A DNA stretch of 57,310 bases from a bacterium (GCA_030698495.1 JAUYKA010000018.1:1-57310), one strand, 5' to 3'; numbered from the stretch's first letter, positions 39,339 to 48,673 are shown. Program-made: numbers and translations. Notes: generated by a model from the sequence alone, not told the origin.

Positions 39339-39569
39339 GGAGCGGGTAACGGGAATCGCCCACTAATATAGCGGGCGCCCGCCGTACTGGCGGGCGAACC
39401 CAATACTGTGAGCGGGATACCAGAATCGAACTGGCGCATCCAGCTTGGGAAGCTGGCGTACTGCCACTGTACTAATCCCGCATAGAGCTACTGTCCTTAC
39501 CTTGCCTTGTCCGCCGAAGCTTTAGCGAAGGCGGAGGAAGGTCGTGTTCTACCACTGAACCATACCCGC
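39339..39569 (-). pseudogene. Interrupted tRNA-Gly gene carrying palindromic insertions and a nested intact tRNA
   Basis: 5' part GCGGGTATGGTTCAGTGGTAGAACACGACCTTCC (39569-39536); 3' part GGGTTCG[..]ATTCCCGTTACCCGCTCC; acceptor stem GCGGGTA/TACCCGC is perfect. Confidence 0.8.
39411..39481 (-). tRNA. tRNA-Gly(CCC)
   Basis: GCGGGAT/ATCCCGC; CCAGC-TTCCCAA-GCTGG; GCCAG-TTCGATT-CTGGT. Confidence 0.95.
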
Positions 39570-39636
39570 CTACGCTTTCAGCTACGGCGGGCAATGCCCG
39601 CTTGCTGAACCAACTGTCCGGCTGTATTTACTTAAT

Positions 39637-40206
39637 TTACTGTACTCGCTGTATAACTCGTCCTTCCTGCCTATCCCACTTTAAATGAAACGGCAGTACC
39701 ACGACAAGTCTTTCTTTCGCTAGCTGCTGATATAAATCATCCGGCGTTTCCGCCGAGCGCTGTTGGCGCAAACTCTCTTGCTCCAAATATGGCAACAGGA
39801 CATAGTTGTCATAATCGTCCAGTATTAATCCGGTTGTATCCTTAATCTGATTTTCTTGACTCACATTTAATATTTCCGTGCGGTATCTTTCCGCGTCAGC
39901 TAAGGTGACATTCTGGCGCAGTTGCGCGTAATGCGTCAGATGCTGGCGTGCCAGCGTGTTTAATGCGTCAGCCGCCGTTGGTATCTCTTGTCCGGTTTTT
40001 TCCGCAAACGTCTGCTGAATTTTTTCTTCCTTCAGCCACCGCGTTGAACTGACGCAGCCCCTGGTTGTACACACTACCGGCCAAGGAAAATATTCCGCCA
40101 ACACGTTTCCGGCCGGATCGCTCCCAGCCAAAACCCATGCCCAGCCGCCAAGCAGCAGTAATAAAAAGACTAATATTACCAACCCTGTTATCAATAGCCA
40201 GCGCAT
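39637..40206 (-). CDS. Membrane-anchored protein, possibly SurA/PrsA N-domain-like
   Basis: N-terminal TM, ...FPWPV.. and a helical domain. Confidence 0.65.
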   Translation of the reverse strand: MRWLLITGLVILVFLLLLLGGWAWVLAGSDPAGNVLAEYFPWPVVCTTRGCVSSTRWLKEEKIQQTFAEKTGQEIPTAADALNTLARQHLTHYAQLRQNVTLADAERYRTEILNVSQENQIKDTTGLILDDYDNYVLLPYLEQESLRQQRSAETPDDLYQQLAKERLVVVLPFHLKWDRQEGRVIQRVQ

Positions 40207-40209
40207 ATC

Positions 40210-40605
40210 TTATGTATCCTCGTCGTTAAAATCAAACGCATCGCCTACAAAAAATATGCGCCACCATCTTTCCGGCACCGGTCTGATTGGCACTTCAGCG
40301 TTAGCTTGACCATTCTCACTGCTCTTTTGCTCTTCATTGGGAATAAGCACCACTTTTTCCCCCGGCGCGCGGTAATTCAATTTCTCCCGTGCCAGTCTGT
40401 CCTGATAAGCGTCGGTATTAAAATATTGATTCAAATTTTCCAGCTCCGCCGCACTCTTTTGCATATCCTGCACCTGTTTTTCCAGCTTATTCACCTCTCG
40501 TTGCACACTAAGCCGACGATTCATTTCCTGTGCCAGGGAAATTAAAAGCCCTAAAACCACCACCACAACTACCGCCACCACAATTTTCGGCTGAAGGATA
40601 TTCAT
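40210..40605 (-). CDS. Septum formation initiator (FtsB/DivIC family)
   Basis: TM plus coiled coil plus AREKLNY..PGEKV. Confidence 0.88.
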   Translation of the reverse strand: MNILQPKIVVAVVVVVVLGLLISLAQEMNRRLSVQREVNKLEKQVQDMQKSAAELENLNQYFNTDAYQDRLAREKLNYRAPGEKVVLIPNEEQKSSENGQANAEVPIRPVPERWWRIFFVGDAFDFNDEDT

Positions 40606-40618
40606 GGATCCATTATAA

Positions 40619-40699
40619 AGTAAATTAAGTAAATACAGTAAATTAAGTAAATACAGTAGCTGTATTTACTGTACTCGCTGAGTTCACTGTATTTACTGT
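40619..40699. repeat. Head-to-head 9-bp tandem arrays (CTGTATTTA family)
   Basis: agtaaatta-agtaaatac x2 followed by inverted ctgtattta-ctgtactcg-ctgagttca-ctgtattta. Confidence 0.8.
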
Positions 40700-41754
40700 T
40701 TAACCGTCACCGTTAATGTTTGCTCACCCCTTACTACCGTCAAGTTAAGCGGCAAACTTGTCAGTTGCGCCACAACGCTTTTCTGCCAATCCAACTGCTG
40801 ATCCCCTATTTTTGTTATTACATCGCCTTTCTTCATCCCGGCTGTTGCTGCCAGGCTATCCAACGTTACGGCATTAACGTGCGCTGTAAAAATCACCGCC
40901 TTGTCCTGACCCGGCCGACTAAAGGCGTAACTTATATCTAGTCCCAAATCAGTCAGTGGATTTAATTCCCGCTGGTTACCCACCACCCTGGCAAAACTTT
41001 CCCGTAAAACACTCACCGGTATTGCTGCACTTCCGGGCGTATCCATCATTACTGCCGCCAGTTTTCCCTCATCGTCCAATATCGGACTGCCGGTCCAGGC
41101 TTCTTTTGGCAACTCACTGCCCGCCAACACTTTTTGCAGTCCCGCTGGGCTGCCCCCGTCTGGCAAAACATAATCGCGTGCCTGAAATTGCCACGCTTTC
41201 GCGGCAAAAGTATTACTATTTCGTGTCAAAGACAACAAGTTTTGTCCGACCGACGGATCGTCTTGACTCATATCCAATGGCACTACCACGTAGTCGGTTA
41301 AGCGGTAATAAGTTAATCCGAATAACTCGTCTTGCCCGGCCAGCGCCAAAGGCAAAGCGCGTCCGGTATTGTCATAGGCTTGTACCTGACTTATCGGCGG
41401 TAACGTCGTTGCCACCAAACCATCACTTGTTACCGCCACCGCGGTACCGGCAATATTCACACCATCGCTCGCGGTGGTACCCAATAGAAAAACCGAACGC
41501 TGGGTCTTGTCCACCATATCCGCTGCCGCCCTATTTGGTGAAATAGTCACTTCTTGCACAGTCGTAAACAACTTATCGTTATCAGAAGACGCCAGGGGCG
41601 GCATTTGCGGCTCAACAATTTTTTGCCCCACCAACCCGCCAATAATACCTACGGCAAAAATCGATACCACCGCAGCCGTCATCCATGTCAGTGAAACTCT
41701 CACTACTTGTGGCTGTTTCTCCTCATTGTTTTGCCGGTCCATACTCATATCCAT
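40693..41754 (-). CDS. HtrA-like trypsin+PDZ protein lacking the catalytic motifs
   Basis: AVAVTSDGLVAT, WTGSPILDDEGKL and AGMKKGDVI PDZ. Confidence 0.75.
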   Translation of the reverse strand: MDMSMDRQNNEEKQPQVVRVSLTWMTAAVVSIFAVGIIGGLVGQKIVEPQMPPLASSDNDKLFTTVQEVTISPNRAAADMVDKTQRSVFLLGTTASDGVNIAGTAVAVTSDGLVATTLPPISQVQAYDNTGRALPLALAGQDELFGLTYYRLTDYVVVPLDMSQDDPSVGQNLLSLTRNSNTFAAKAWQFQARDYVLPDGGSPAGLQKVLAGSELPKEAWTGSPILDDEGKLAAVMMDTPGSAAIPVSVLRESFARVVGNQRELNPLTDLGLDISYAFSRPGQDKAVIFTAHVNAVTLDSLAATAGMKKGDVITKIGDQQLDWQKSVVAQLTSLPLNLTVVRGEQTLTVTVKQ

Positions 41755-42518
41755 CTGGCCGTCAATAATAAAAGCAAAAGTGCTGCTGTTCCCAGAATAA
41801 CATACTCGGTAATCTCGTGCCGACCGGATTTTCCTTCATAGCCGATTCTGATTAGATGGAACAAAACGTAATAAAACACTACGATCACTCCCGCTTGCAC
41901 CAAAAAATGAATCGGTAGAAACTGCAGTACCCAGGCCAGTTGCGTCAGCACCATCGCCACACCCAGAGACAATAGGACGCCTTTCAACAAGCCGGGGAGT
42001 ACTCGCCGCAAGGCTTGCAGCAGCAACAGAAACGACGCCAGGAAAATAAAAACTAACGTTAACAGCAGCGGTAGAAACAGATGATAACGCAGACCCAGCA
42101 CCACCGCCGTGTTCAAGAAAAACACCAACACCGTGATAATCCAGTTCCAGGTGGGAAAAGCCTGTTTAGCGCCATGGCGCAGCAGTAGAAAAAACACCAC
42201 CGCCGCCAAGACATAATACATATGAATCAGTGGCGTCAATGGTATGAATAACGAAAACCCGGCCAATCCCATCGCTGTCAGCACCGGCAAAACCGTCTGG
42301 GTTAAATTAAACCTACCCCTTTCCTCCCAGCGCACCAGAAAAATACCGTAAGAAATAAGCAGTAATAGCACTACGGCCACCCCCATTATCCATTGCTGAA
42401 ACGACATCATTAATTCCAGCCCCACAAAAAACAGCAGGGATAGCAGTAGATAGTGAGATGTCGCAAACTTCGCCAGCCGTTGTATAAAACCCAGAAAACT
42501 AGTAAATATTTTCTTCAT
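41745..42518 (-). CDS. Polytopic membrane protein
   Basis: About 8-9 hydrophobic segments; overlaps the next gene. Confidence 0.8.
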   Translation of the reverse strand: MKKIFTSFLGFIQRLAKFATSHYLLLSLLFFVGLELMMSFQQWIMGVAVVLLLLISYGIFLVRWEERGRFNLTQTVLPVLTAMGLAGFSLFIPLTPLIHMYYVLAAVVFFLLLRHGAKQAFPTWNWIITVLVFFLNTAVVLGLRYHLFLPLLLTLVFIFLASFLLLLQALRRVLPGLLKGVLLSLGVAMVLTQLAWVLQFLPIHFLVQAGVIVVFYYVLFHLIRIGYEGKSGRHEITEYVILGTAALLLLLLTARWI

Positions 42519-42571
42519 AATCTACCAGCAAGATAAGCCATAACAGTAAATACAGCAAGGTCAGTAAATAC

Positions 42572-42690
42572 AGTAAATTCAGCCCAGCCTTCGCCCGCCA
42601 ATATTTTGCTTCGCAAAAAATAGGCGGGCTTCGGCCTTCAACTCCGAGGCTCAGGCTCGAAGAGCGGGCAAAGCGAAGCTAGTAAATTCG
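42572..42690. repeat. Composite nested palindromic repeat, copy 1
   Basis: 42572-42630 is identical to the reverse complement of 45602-45660. Confidence 0.88.
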
Positions 42691-42727
42691 GTGATTACAG
42701 AAGCTTTATTTACTGTATTTACTTAAT

Positions 42728-43657
42728 TTACTGTTTTCTAACTAAATAGTCTCCCGCCGACAACGCCGCCGAGCAGCCTTGCCCGGCTGCCACAATAATT
42801 TGTGCGTCTCTGATATTAGTAGCGTCTCCCGCCGCAAAAAACCCGGGAACACTGGTTACGCCGTACCTGTCCGCTTCAATAGCGCCAAAACGGTTTAATT
42901 TTATTAAATCTTTAACCGGCTCTGTATTTGGTATAGCGCCTATAGCCACAAATACCCCCTCAACTTCCAATGATTTCTTCTCGTTTGTTTTTACGTCCTT
43001 GTAATCCAGCTTCTTAACCATAACCTCTCCCCCGAGTTCTTCCACCTGGGCGTTAAAAATAGCCGATATTTTAGGATCGTTAATAAAACTATCAACCAAA
43101 ACCGGATCGGCTGTCAGCTCTTCCAAATTCTGCAATAGATATATCTTTCCGGCTATCTTTTGCAGCATAATAACTGCCTCCGCCGCCGTATTGCCTCCGC
43201 CTACAACCGCCACCGTTTTCCCCTGAAAAAGAGGCGCATCGCAGGTCGCGCAGTAAGTAATGCCTCTGTTTCTGAAACTGTCTTCCCCGGGCACACCCAG
43301 CTGGCGCGGACGGCGTCCCGCCGTATAAATAACTGTTTTCCCTTGATACTCTTTTCCATCTGCTCCCGTGCACACAAAAACATCATCGCGTTTTTCTATC
43401 CGCGCCACCTTCTTTACCTCAACCGCCACCATATCCTCATGCAGTTTCAAATGATCAACCAGTTTCTGTGCCAGCGTGTTGCCATCCGTCACGCCATCTC
43501 CTGGCCAATTTTCAATCTCCCCGGAATTTCTCACCTCTCCGCCCGGCAGCTCGCCGAACAGAAGAACGCTCAACTTCTTGCGCGCCGCGTAGATCGCCGC
43601 CGTCACCCCGGCCGGACCGTATCCGACAATAATAATGTCATAATTTTTTTTAACCAC
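42728..43657 (-). CDS. trxB: Thioredoxin-disulfide reductase
   Basis: GYGPAG..AAIYAAR, CATCD, GGGNTA and FAAGD. Confidence 0.9.
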   Translation of the reverse strand: MVKKNYDIIIVGYGPAGVTAAIYAARKKLSVLLFGELPGGEVRNSGEIENWPGDGVTDGNTLAQKLVDHLKLHEDMVAVEVKKVARIEKRDDVFVCTGADGKEYQGKTVIYTAGRRPRQLGVPGEDSFRNRGITYCATCDAPLFQGKTVAVVGGGNTAAEAVIMLQKIAGKIYLLQNLEELTADPVLVDSFINDPKISAIFNAQVEELGGEVMVKKLDYKDVKTNEKKSLEVEGVFVAIGAIPNTEPVKDLIKLNRFGAIEADRYGVTSVPGFFAAGDATNIRDAQIIVAAGQGCSAALSAGDYLVRKQ

Positions 43658-43678
43658 AACCTTGTTATAAGAAAAATA

Positions 43679-43936
43679 TTACGCCCCGGCGATACCTAAA
43701 GCCTTGGCTAAACGCGCCTGATCAAAACCGATAATCAATTCTTCCTGATCACCATCTTTTATTGCAATCACCGGCACACCCATCTGTCCGGATTTCTCAA
43801 TCATCTCGCGCGCCTTTTCCTGATTAAGACCAACATCTATATCCTCAAACGCTACATTATTAGCCTGAAAAAATTCTTTAGCCGCCTTACAGTAGCCGCA
43901 AGTCTGTGTGCTGTAAATAGTAACTTGTTTTGCCAT
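43679..43936 (-). CDS. Glutaredoxin/NrdH-like redoxin
   Basis: YSTQTCGYC, SGQMGVPV and IGFD; start MAKQ. Confidence 0.92.
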   Translation of the reverse strand: MAKQVTIYSTQTCGYCKAAKEFFQANNVAFEDIDVGLNQEKAREMIEKSGQMGVPVIAIKDGDQEELIIGFDQARLAKALGIAGA

Positions 43937-44049
43937 AGCAATTTTATTACAAATAATAAAACAACCAATAAGTTGTATCAATACACTATACAACACACCT
44001 CCTGTTATCGCCAGCCTATTTAACGGGCACGGTCAATTAGAGATAAACG

Positions 44050-44168
44050 ATAAATTTTAAATTCTTAATTTTTAATCAATTAACTAATGTTTTAATAACC
44101 TAAACAAATTAGAACATTCAATAATTAAAGAATTGATTAAAAATTAAAAATTGGAAATTAAAAATTAT
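44050..44168. repeat. AT-rich degenerate 7-8 bp tandem array (AAAATTG/AAAATTA family)
   Basis: gaattgattaaaaattaaaaattggaaattaaaaatt; related copies at 31378-31405 and 52356-52432. Confidence 0.65.
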
Positions 44169-44217
44169 CTTTTGTCTATTCCTTGCATCAAGCAGGTTAA
44201 AGAGCTATTTTTTATCC

Positions 44218-45552
44218 ATGTCCATGACTAAGCAAAAAACCAAAACCGTAGCTGTTGTCGGCCTGGGCTATGTCGGCCTGCCGGTGGCCATACTGGCCGC
44301 GGCCAAAGGCTGGCGTGTCATCGGTCTCGATAAAGATGCTAACAAAGTAGCCGCCATCAACGCTGGCCGCTCTCCTCTGAATGATGCCCAACTCAACAAA
44401 CAACTGAAAAAAGTAACCATCGAAGCCACTACTGATCCTGTCGCTATCAAACAAGCCAGTCATATAATAGTTGCCGTACCCACTCCGGTCAGCGATGGCA
44501 ACCTGCCCGATCTTACCCCCCTAAAATCAGCCGTTGAGTCTCTATGCCCTCATTTGCAGCCCGGCCAGTCTTTAATTATCGAATCAACCATTAACCCCGG
44601 CGTGACGGACGAAATCATAGTTCCCATACTTAGGAAACAACCCGGCCTAGTTTTGGATGTTGACGGTTACAGTCGCACGGCGGTCTGTTTAGCGCATTGC
44701 CCGGAACGTATTAATCCGGGCGACTCCCAATGGACTGTGCGCAATATCCCGCGCGTTATCGGCGGGTACTCGAACCCCGGCGTGACTAAAGCAAAATCTT
44801 TCTATGATAGCATCGTCGAGGCCCCTATCAAACGCATGAATTCCATCCAAGAAGCTGAAGCCGTCAAAATATTGGAGAATACTTTTCGTGACATTAATAT
44901 CGCTTTCATTAATGAAATGGCCAAATCTTTTGCCAAACTTAACATTGATATCTTAAACGTCATTGCCGGCGCGGCTACCAAGCCGTTTGCTTTTCTCCCT
45001 CACTATCCCGGCAACGGCGTCGGCGGCCACTGCATTAGTGTCGACCCCTACTACATGATTGAACGCGGCCGTAAAGCCGGTTTCGACCATGAATTTCTAA
45101 AGCTGGCACGGCGCATCAATGACAGCATGCCTGCGTACACCGTTGAATTATTATTAACCGGTTGGGAAAAACTGTCCGTTAAATCTTCGGCGCAAAAAGT
45201 AGCCTTACTGGGCCTGGCCTATAAAAAGAACATCGACGATTTGCGGGAAAGCCCAGCGCTGGAAATTAAGCGCCTACTGGAAAACAAAAAAATTTCCATA
45301 AATATCTACGATCCCTATGCCGCCAAACAATCAACTGTGAACAGTCTTGACCAAGCGCTGGTCGGAGCCAGTGCCGTTATGCTGGCCTGCGACCACGACG
45401 AATTTACTAAAAAATTAACGCCCGATTATCTCAAATCTTCCGGTATCCAACTGGTTATCGACGGAAAAAACGCGCTTGATGGCGATGGTATCGCCGCTGC
45501 CGGCATCTATTACTACGGCATCGGTCGTAAACGTTTACCAGCTATACAGTAA
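44218..45552 (+). CDS. Nucleotide-sugar dehydrogenase (UDP-HexNAc dehydrogenase, WecC/WbpA-like)
   Basis: GLGYVGLP, VPTP, EST..PG, CPERINPG, KILENTFRDINIA, GGHCI and KKNIDDLRESP. Confidence 0.93.
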   Translation: MSMTKQKTKTVAVVGLGYVGLPVAILAAAKGWRVIGLDKDANKVAAINAGRSPLNDAQLNKQLKKVTIEATTDPVAIKQASHIIVAVPTPVSDGNLPDLTPLKSAVESLCPHLQPGQSLIIESTINPGVTDEIIVPILRKQPGLVLDVDGYSRTAVCLAHCPERINPGDSQWTVRNIPRVIGGYSNPGVTKAKSFYDSIVEAPIKRMNSIQEAEAVKILENTFRDINIAFINEMAKSFAKLNIDILNVIAGAATKPFAFLPHYPGNGVGGHCISVDPYYMIERGRKAGFDHEFLKLARRINDSMPAYTVELLLTGWEKLSVKSSAQKVALLGLAYKKNIDDLRESPALEIKRLLENKKISINIYDPYAAKQSTVNSLDQALVGASAVMLACDHDEFTKKLTPDYLKSSGIQLVIDGKNALDGDGIAAAGIYYYGIGRKRLPAIQ

Positions 45553-45670
45553 ATTCAGTAACTACAGCTGCTTTATTTACTAATCTCGCTTTGCCCGCCA
45601 TAGCCCGCCTATTTTTTGCGAAGCAAAATATTGGCGGGCGAAGGCTGGGCTGAATTTACTATATTTACTT
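45545..45670. repeat. Composite nested palindromic repeat, copy 2 (inverted), inside 9-bp arrays
   Basis: See 42572-42690. Confidence 0.88.
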
Positions 45671-46093
45671 AATATTCTGGTCTTCCTCAATAATAGAGGC
45701 TGTATTCTCTGGTGATGTGGCTTCAGGTTCTTCTGTTGACGTTTCTTGTGCTTCCTGACTCATTAATTCCCGAGAGGCTGCTGCAATGTCTTGAACAGCG
45801 CTTTTAAACTCATTTACCGGTGATTGCGCCGTCGCCGGTGTACCAGTATTCTGTCGCCACTCACTTCTCTGCTTCTGATAATTACGATACCCCCCCCAAA
45901 TCAAACCGGCCAAAAACACCGGGAACCACACTAACGTCAAAAACTGCGATAATACCGATAATAAAAACAGCAGCAAACCGGCCACTACGCCGTAAGCCAG
46001 CGCCCAATACATCACCGGATAAATATTAGGCTTAAACTCTTGCCCGGTGCTTTGGTTATTCATCCCTCCCCCAACTGATTGTTCTGGTTCCAT
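45665..46093 (-). CDS. Two-TM hypothetical protein
   Basis: Two hydrophobic helices plus an acidic tail. Confidence 0.7.
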   Translation of the reverse strand: MEPEQSVGGGMNNQSTGQEFKPNIYPVMYWALAYGVVAGLLLFLLSVLSQFLTLVWFPVFLAGLIWGGYRNYQKQRSEWRQNTGTPATAQSPVNEFKSAVQDIAAASRELMSQEAQETSTEEPEATSPENTASIIEEDQNIK

Positions 46094-46114
46094 ACGCCAA
46101 TTATACTCCGCTCC

Positions 46115-47014
46115 CTACGGCGCCGGCAAATTAATTAAACTGGCAATATCATTAAAATGTTGCTGCTCGCTGGGGCTGTCTAATACCACGGCTATCCTAT
46201 CGGCCTGTTCTCCGGATCCGCGCACGACCAGACAATAAGCCGCTTCGTACAAATATCCTGTCTTACTGCCCAAAAAAGTATAATTTTGTTCAGAAATAAG
46301 TTTGTTAGTATTTTTTATCATGTGTTCCCTGCCGGATCCACCAAGCACAAAGGTATAGTTTTGCTGGCTGGTTGCCTGGGTGATTTCGGGATAATTTTTA
46401 AAAGCGTAAGCCGCCATCTTCGCCACCTCATAAGCCGTGGAAACATTATCCGGATCCAGCCCTGTTACGTCCGTAAATTTAGTTTGCTCCAAATCCAGCG
46501 CTATCGCCTTGCGATTCATTTCCCTGATAAACTCTTCTTCGTCCACGCCCAACTCTCTCACGAATGCCGCCATAGTATTATTAGCCGACCCCAGAAGAGA
46601 CACATTAAACAAATCTTTCATCGTCGCCGTTTCCCCGGGCTGCATCATCAAAGTTCCCCCCTGCAAATATTCTTCCGGTAGAATAGTGGTTGTTTTATCC
46701 CAATCAATGCCGTGATCAAGCGCCACCATCGCCGTCATTAATTTGGTGATACTGGCAATCGGCCGACGCTCAAAAGCGTTTTGTTCGAATAAAATCTTTT
46801 CTTGATTCATATCCCATAGTACCGCGTTGCGCCCGCTGATTTTAACCGGTTCATCTTTTTGTTCAATACCGCCCACGCCAAAAGCCACGGAAATTCCTTT
46901 CACTTGCGCCGGATTATTTATAATCAATTGCCTCACCGCCAAAACCGTGGCCGCACCCAAGGCCACGGCCAATATTGCCAAAACTATTGTACTGCGGTGA
47001 AATCTTATTGACAT
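46115..47014 (-). CDS. D-Ala-D-Ala carboxypeptidase/endopeptidase (S11)
   Basis: ASITKLMT (SxxK), SAN and KTG. Confidence 0.92.
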   Translation of the reverse strand: MSIRFHRSTIVLAILAVALGAATVLAVRQLIINNPAQVKGISVAFGVGGIEQKDEPVKISGRNAVLWDMNQEKILFEQNAFERRPIASITKLMTAMVALDHGIDWDKTTTILPEEYLQGGTLMMQPGETATMKDLFNVSLLGSANNTMAAFVRELGVDEEEFIREMNRKAIALDLEQTKFTDVTGLDPDNVSTAYEVAKMAAYAFKNYPEITQATSQQNYTFVLGGSGREHMIKNTNKLISEQNYTFLGSKTGYLYEAAYCLVVRGSGEQADRIAVVLDSPSEQQHFNDIASLINLPAP

Positions 47015-47045
47015 TACTCTTTCCTATTCAGGTACACTATAAACA

Positions 47046-47651
47046 ATGTACACGCAAATCACCAAAAATGAAGGCATCGCCGCGACCATAATAGGCGAGG
47101 GACGCATAGCCGCCTTCCCAACCGGCACCTCGTACGGCTTGGCCGCCGACGCACTGCAAGGCTTTGCTCTGCAGCGGCTGCGCCAACTGAAAAACCGCCC
47201 GACCGCCAAGACATTTACCATTATGCTTACTGTCAGTCTCTGGGACAAATATCTGCTGCTTACCAATGACGAGCGCAAACTATTAAATCAATATAAAGAC
47301 CAACCGCTCACGCTGCTGGTGAAACCAAAACCGTCCCTGGAACACCTGGCTAAAAACGGTTTCGTGGGATTGCGCGTTATTGACCATCCGCTCATGAAAG
47401 CGCTTGCTGAAGCTGCCCGAGTACCATTGACCGCCACCAGCGCCAACCAAGCCGACCAAAAACCTTGCCACAGTGTTGACTGCATTGTTAAAACATTTCC
47501 CGGCCGCATCGACGAAACCACTTACGATCTTTCGCTCGGCTGTATTTTAGACGGTGGCACACTGTCGGAAAATCCGTCCACCACAATTGCCAAACTGGAA
47601 AAAGATAAAATAAAAATCGTCCGCCAAGGCGCACTAATATTTCCATTATAA
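47046..47651 (+). CDS. tsaC: Threonylcarbamoyl-AMP synthase (Sua5/YrdC)
   Basis: PTGTSYGL, K.R...K, GLRV..HP, TATSAN, PSTT and VRQGA. Confidence 0.88.
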   Translation: MYTQITKNEGIAATIIGEGRIAAFPTGTSYGLAADALQGFALQRLRQLKNRPTAKTFTIMLTVSLWDKYLLLTNDERKLLNQYKDQPLTLLVKPKPSLEHLAKNGFVGLRVIDHPLMKALAEAARVPLTATSANQADQKPCHSVDCIVKTFPGRIDETTYDLSLGCILDGGTLSENPSTTIAKLEKDKIKIVRQGALIFPL

Positions 47652-47759
47652 AATGTTACGACATAACGTTATATCGTAACATTCCGAACCGATTTTTTTG
47701 TTATAGAAAAGACCATCCGCTCTCGGCTGCGAATGGTCTCATGTTTCCAACTAGGCGGA

Positions 47760-48026
47760 TTATCGCTCTTGAGCCATCCTTTTGACTCTCGCTGCGATTA
47801 AAGGGTAACGATCTTCAAATGTCTGATCACCTTCCGTATCAGGCCAGTTGAAAAAGAGCTCCCGATGGAAATTGGTCGGGTCACTAGTTTGCCACTGCTG
47901 CAACCAGTAATTCTGGTTGTCTTCGTCAAGTTCCCTCCAAATCTCGGCAAACTCTCCTGGCGACAGGTCGGCTCCGGGGCAGCTCTTGTAAACGTTGTAC
48001 GCAAGATTCAGCTCAAGATCGCACAT
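47760..48026 (-). CDS. Hypothetical protein
   Basis: AAGGAG SD; followed by a terminator-like hairpin at 47707-47739. Confidence 0.65.
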   Translation of the reverse strand: MCDLELNLAYNVYKSCPGADLSPGEFAEIWRELDEDNQNYWLQQWQTSDPTNFHRELFFNWPDTEGDQTFEDRYPLIAARVKRMAQER

Positions 48027-48106
48027 TGTTCCGCTCCTTGTTCTAAGAAAAGAACTTCAAGAAAAGGCCCTCACACTGTGAGCACATTATCCTAAAAATT
48101 ATTTTT

Positions 48107-48667
48107 TTACAAACCCAGCTTGCCGCTTATTCCCTGCATTGCTCGCAGCACATTACCAATGTGCTCTTCCAGGCTTAATTCCAGCTCTTCGGCCCCCGTT
48201 TTTATATCTTCCCTGTTTACTCCTGCCGCGAACGCCGACTGTTTCATTTTTTTTACCACCGCCGGGACATCAACATCCGCCAGCTTCTTAGACGGTCGCA
48301 CTAAAGCCACTGCCACAATCAATCCCGTTAACTCGTCCACAGCAAAAATAGTCTTCTCCAACAAAGACTCTCTCGTTGTGCCCGTATGCGGCGCATGTGC
48401 CATGATCGCTCGCTTTAGTTCTTCACTATAACCTTCGCCAGTCAATATCTCCTGCCCTCTATAGGGATGATCTTCCAGCGACGGATATTTCTCGTAATCG
48501 AAATCATGCAACAACCCCACTATCCCCCATTTTTCTTCATCTTCAGCAAACTTACGTGCATAATATTTCATCGCCGCCTCTACGGCCAGTGCGTGCTTTA
48601 TTAAATTTTTATTTTTCGTATAGCTCCCCAGTAGCGACCAGGCGTCGCTTCTTGTTTTATCAGGCAT
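48107..48667 (-). CDS. HD-domain phosphohydrolase
   Basis: KHALAVEAAM, GLLHDFD and DELTGL..A...RP. Confidence 0.9.
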   Translation of the reverse strand: MPDKTRSDAWSLLGSYTKNKNLIKHALAVEAAMKYYARKFAEDEEKWGIVGLLHDFDYEKYPSLEDHPYRGQEILTGEGYSEELKRAIMAHAPHTGTTRESLLEKTIFAVDELTGLIVAVALVRPSKKLADVDVPAVVKKMKQSAFAAGVNREDIKTGAEELELSLEEHIGNVLRAMQGISGKLGL

Positions 48668-48673
48668 ATCTTA

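Noticed and set aside
39359-39535. Group I/II intron or BHB intron in the outer tRNA-Gly
   Set aside because: The inserts are 31-90 nt, lack catalytic-core motifs and match dispersed DNA palindromes.
44040-44170. AT-rich tract as a replication origin
   Set aside because: It consists of the 7-8 bp repeat family seen elsewhere; there is no DnaA-box cluster and no dnaA/dnaN nearby.
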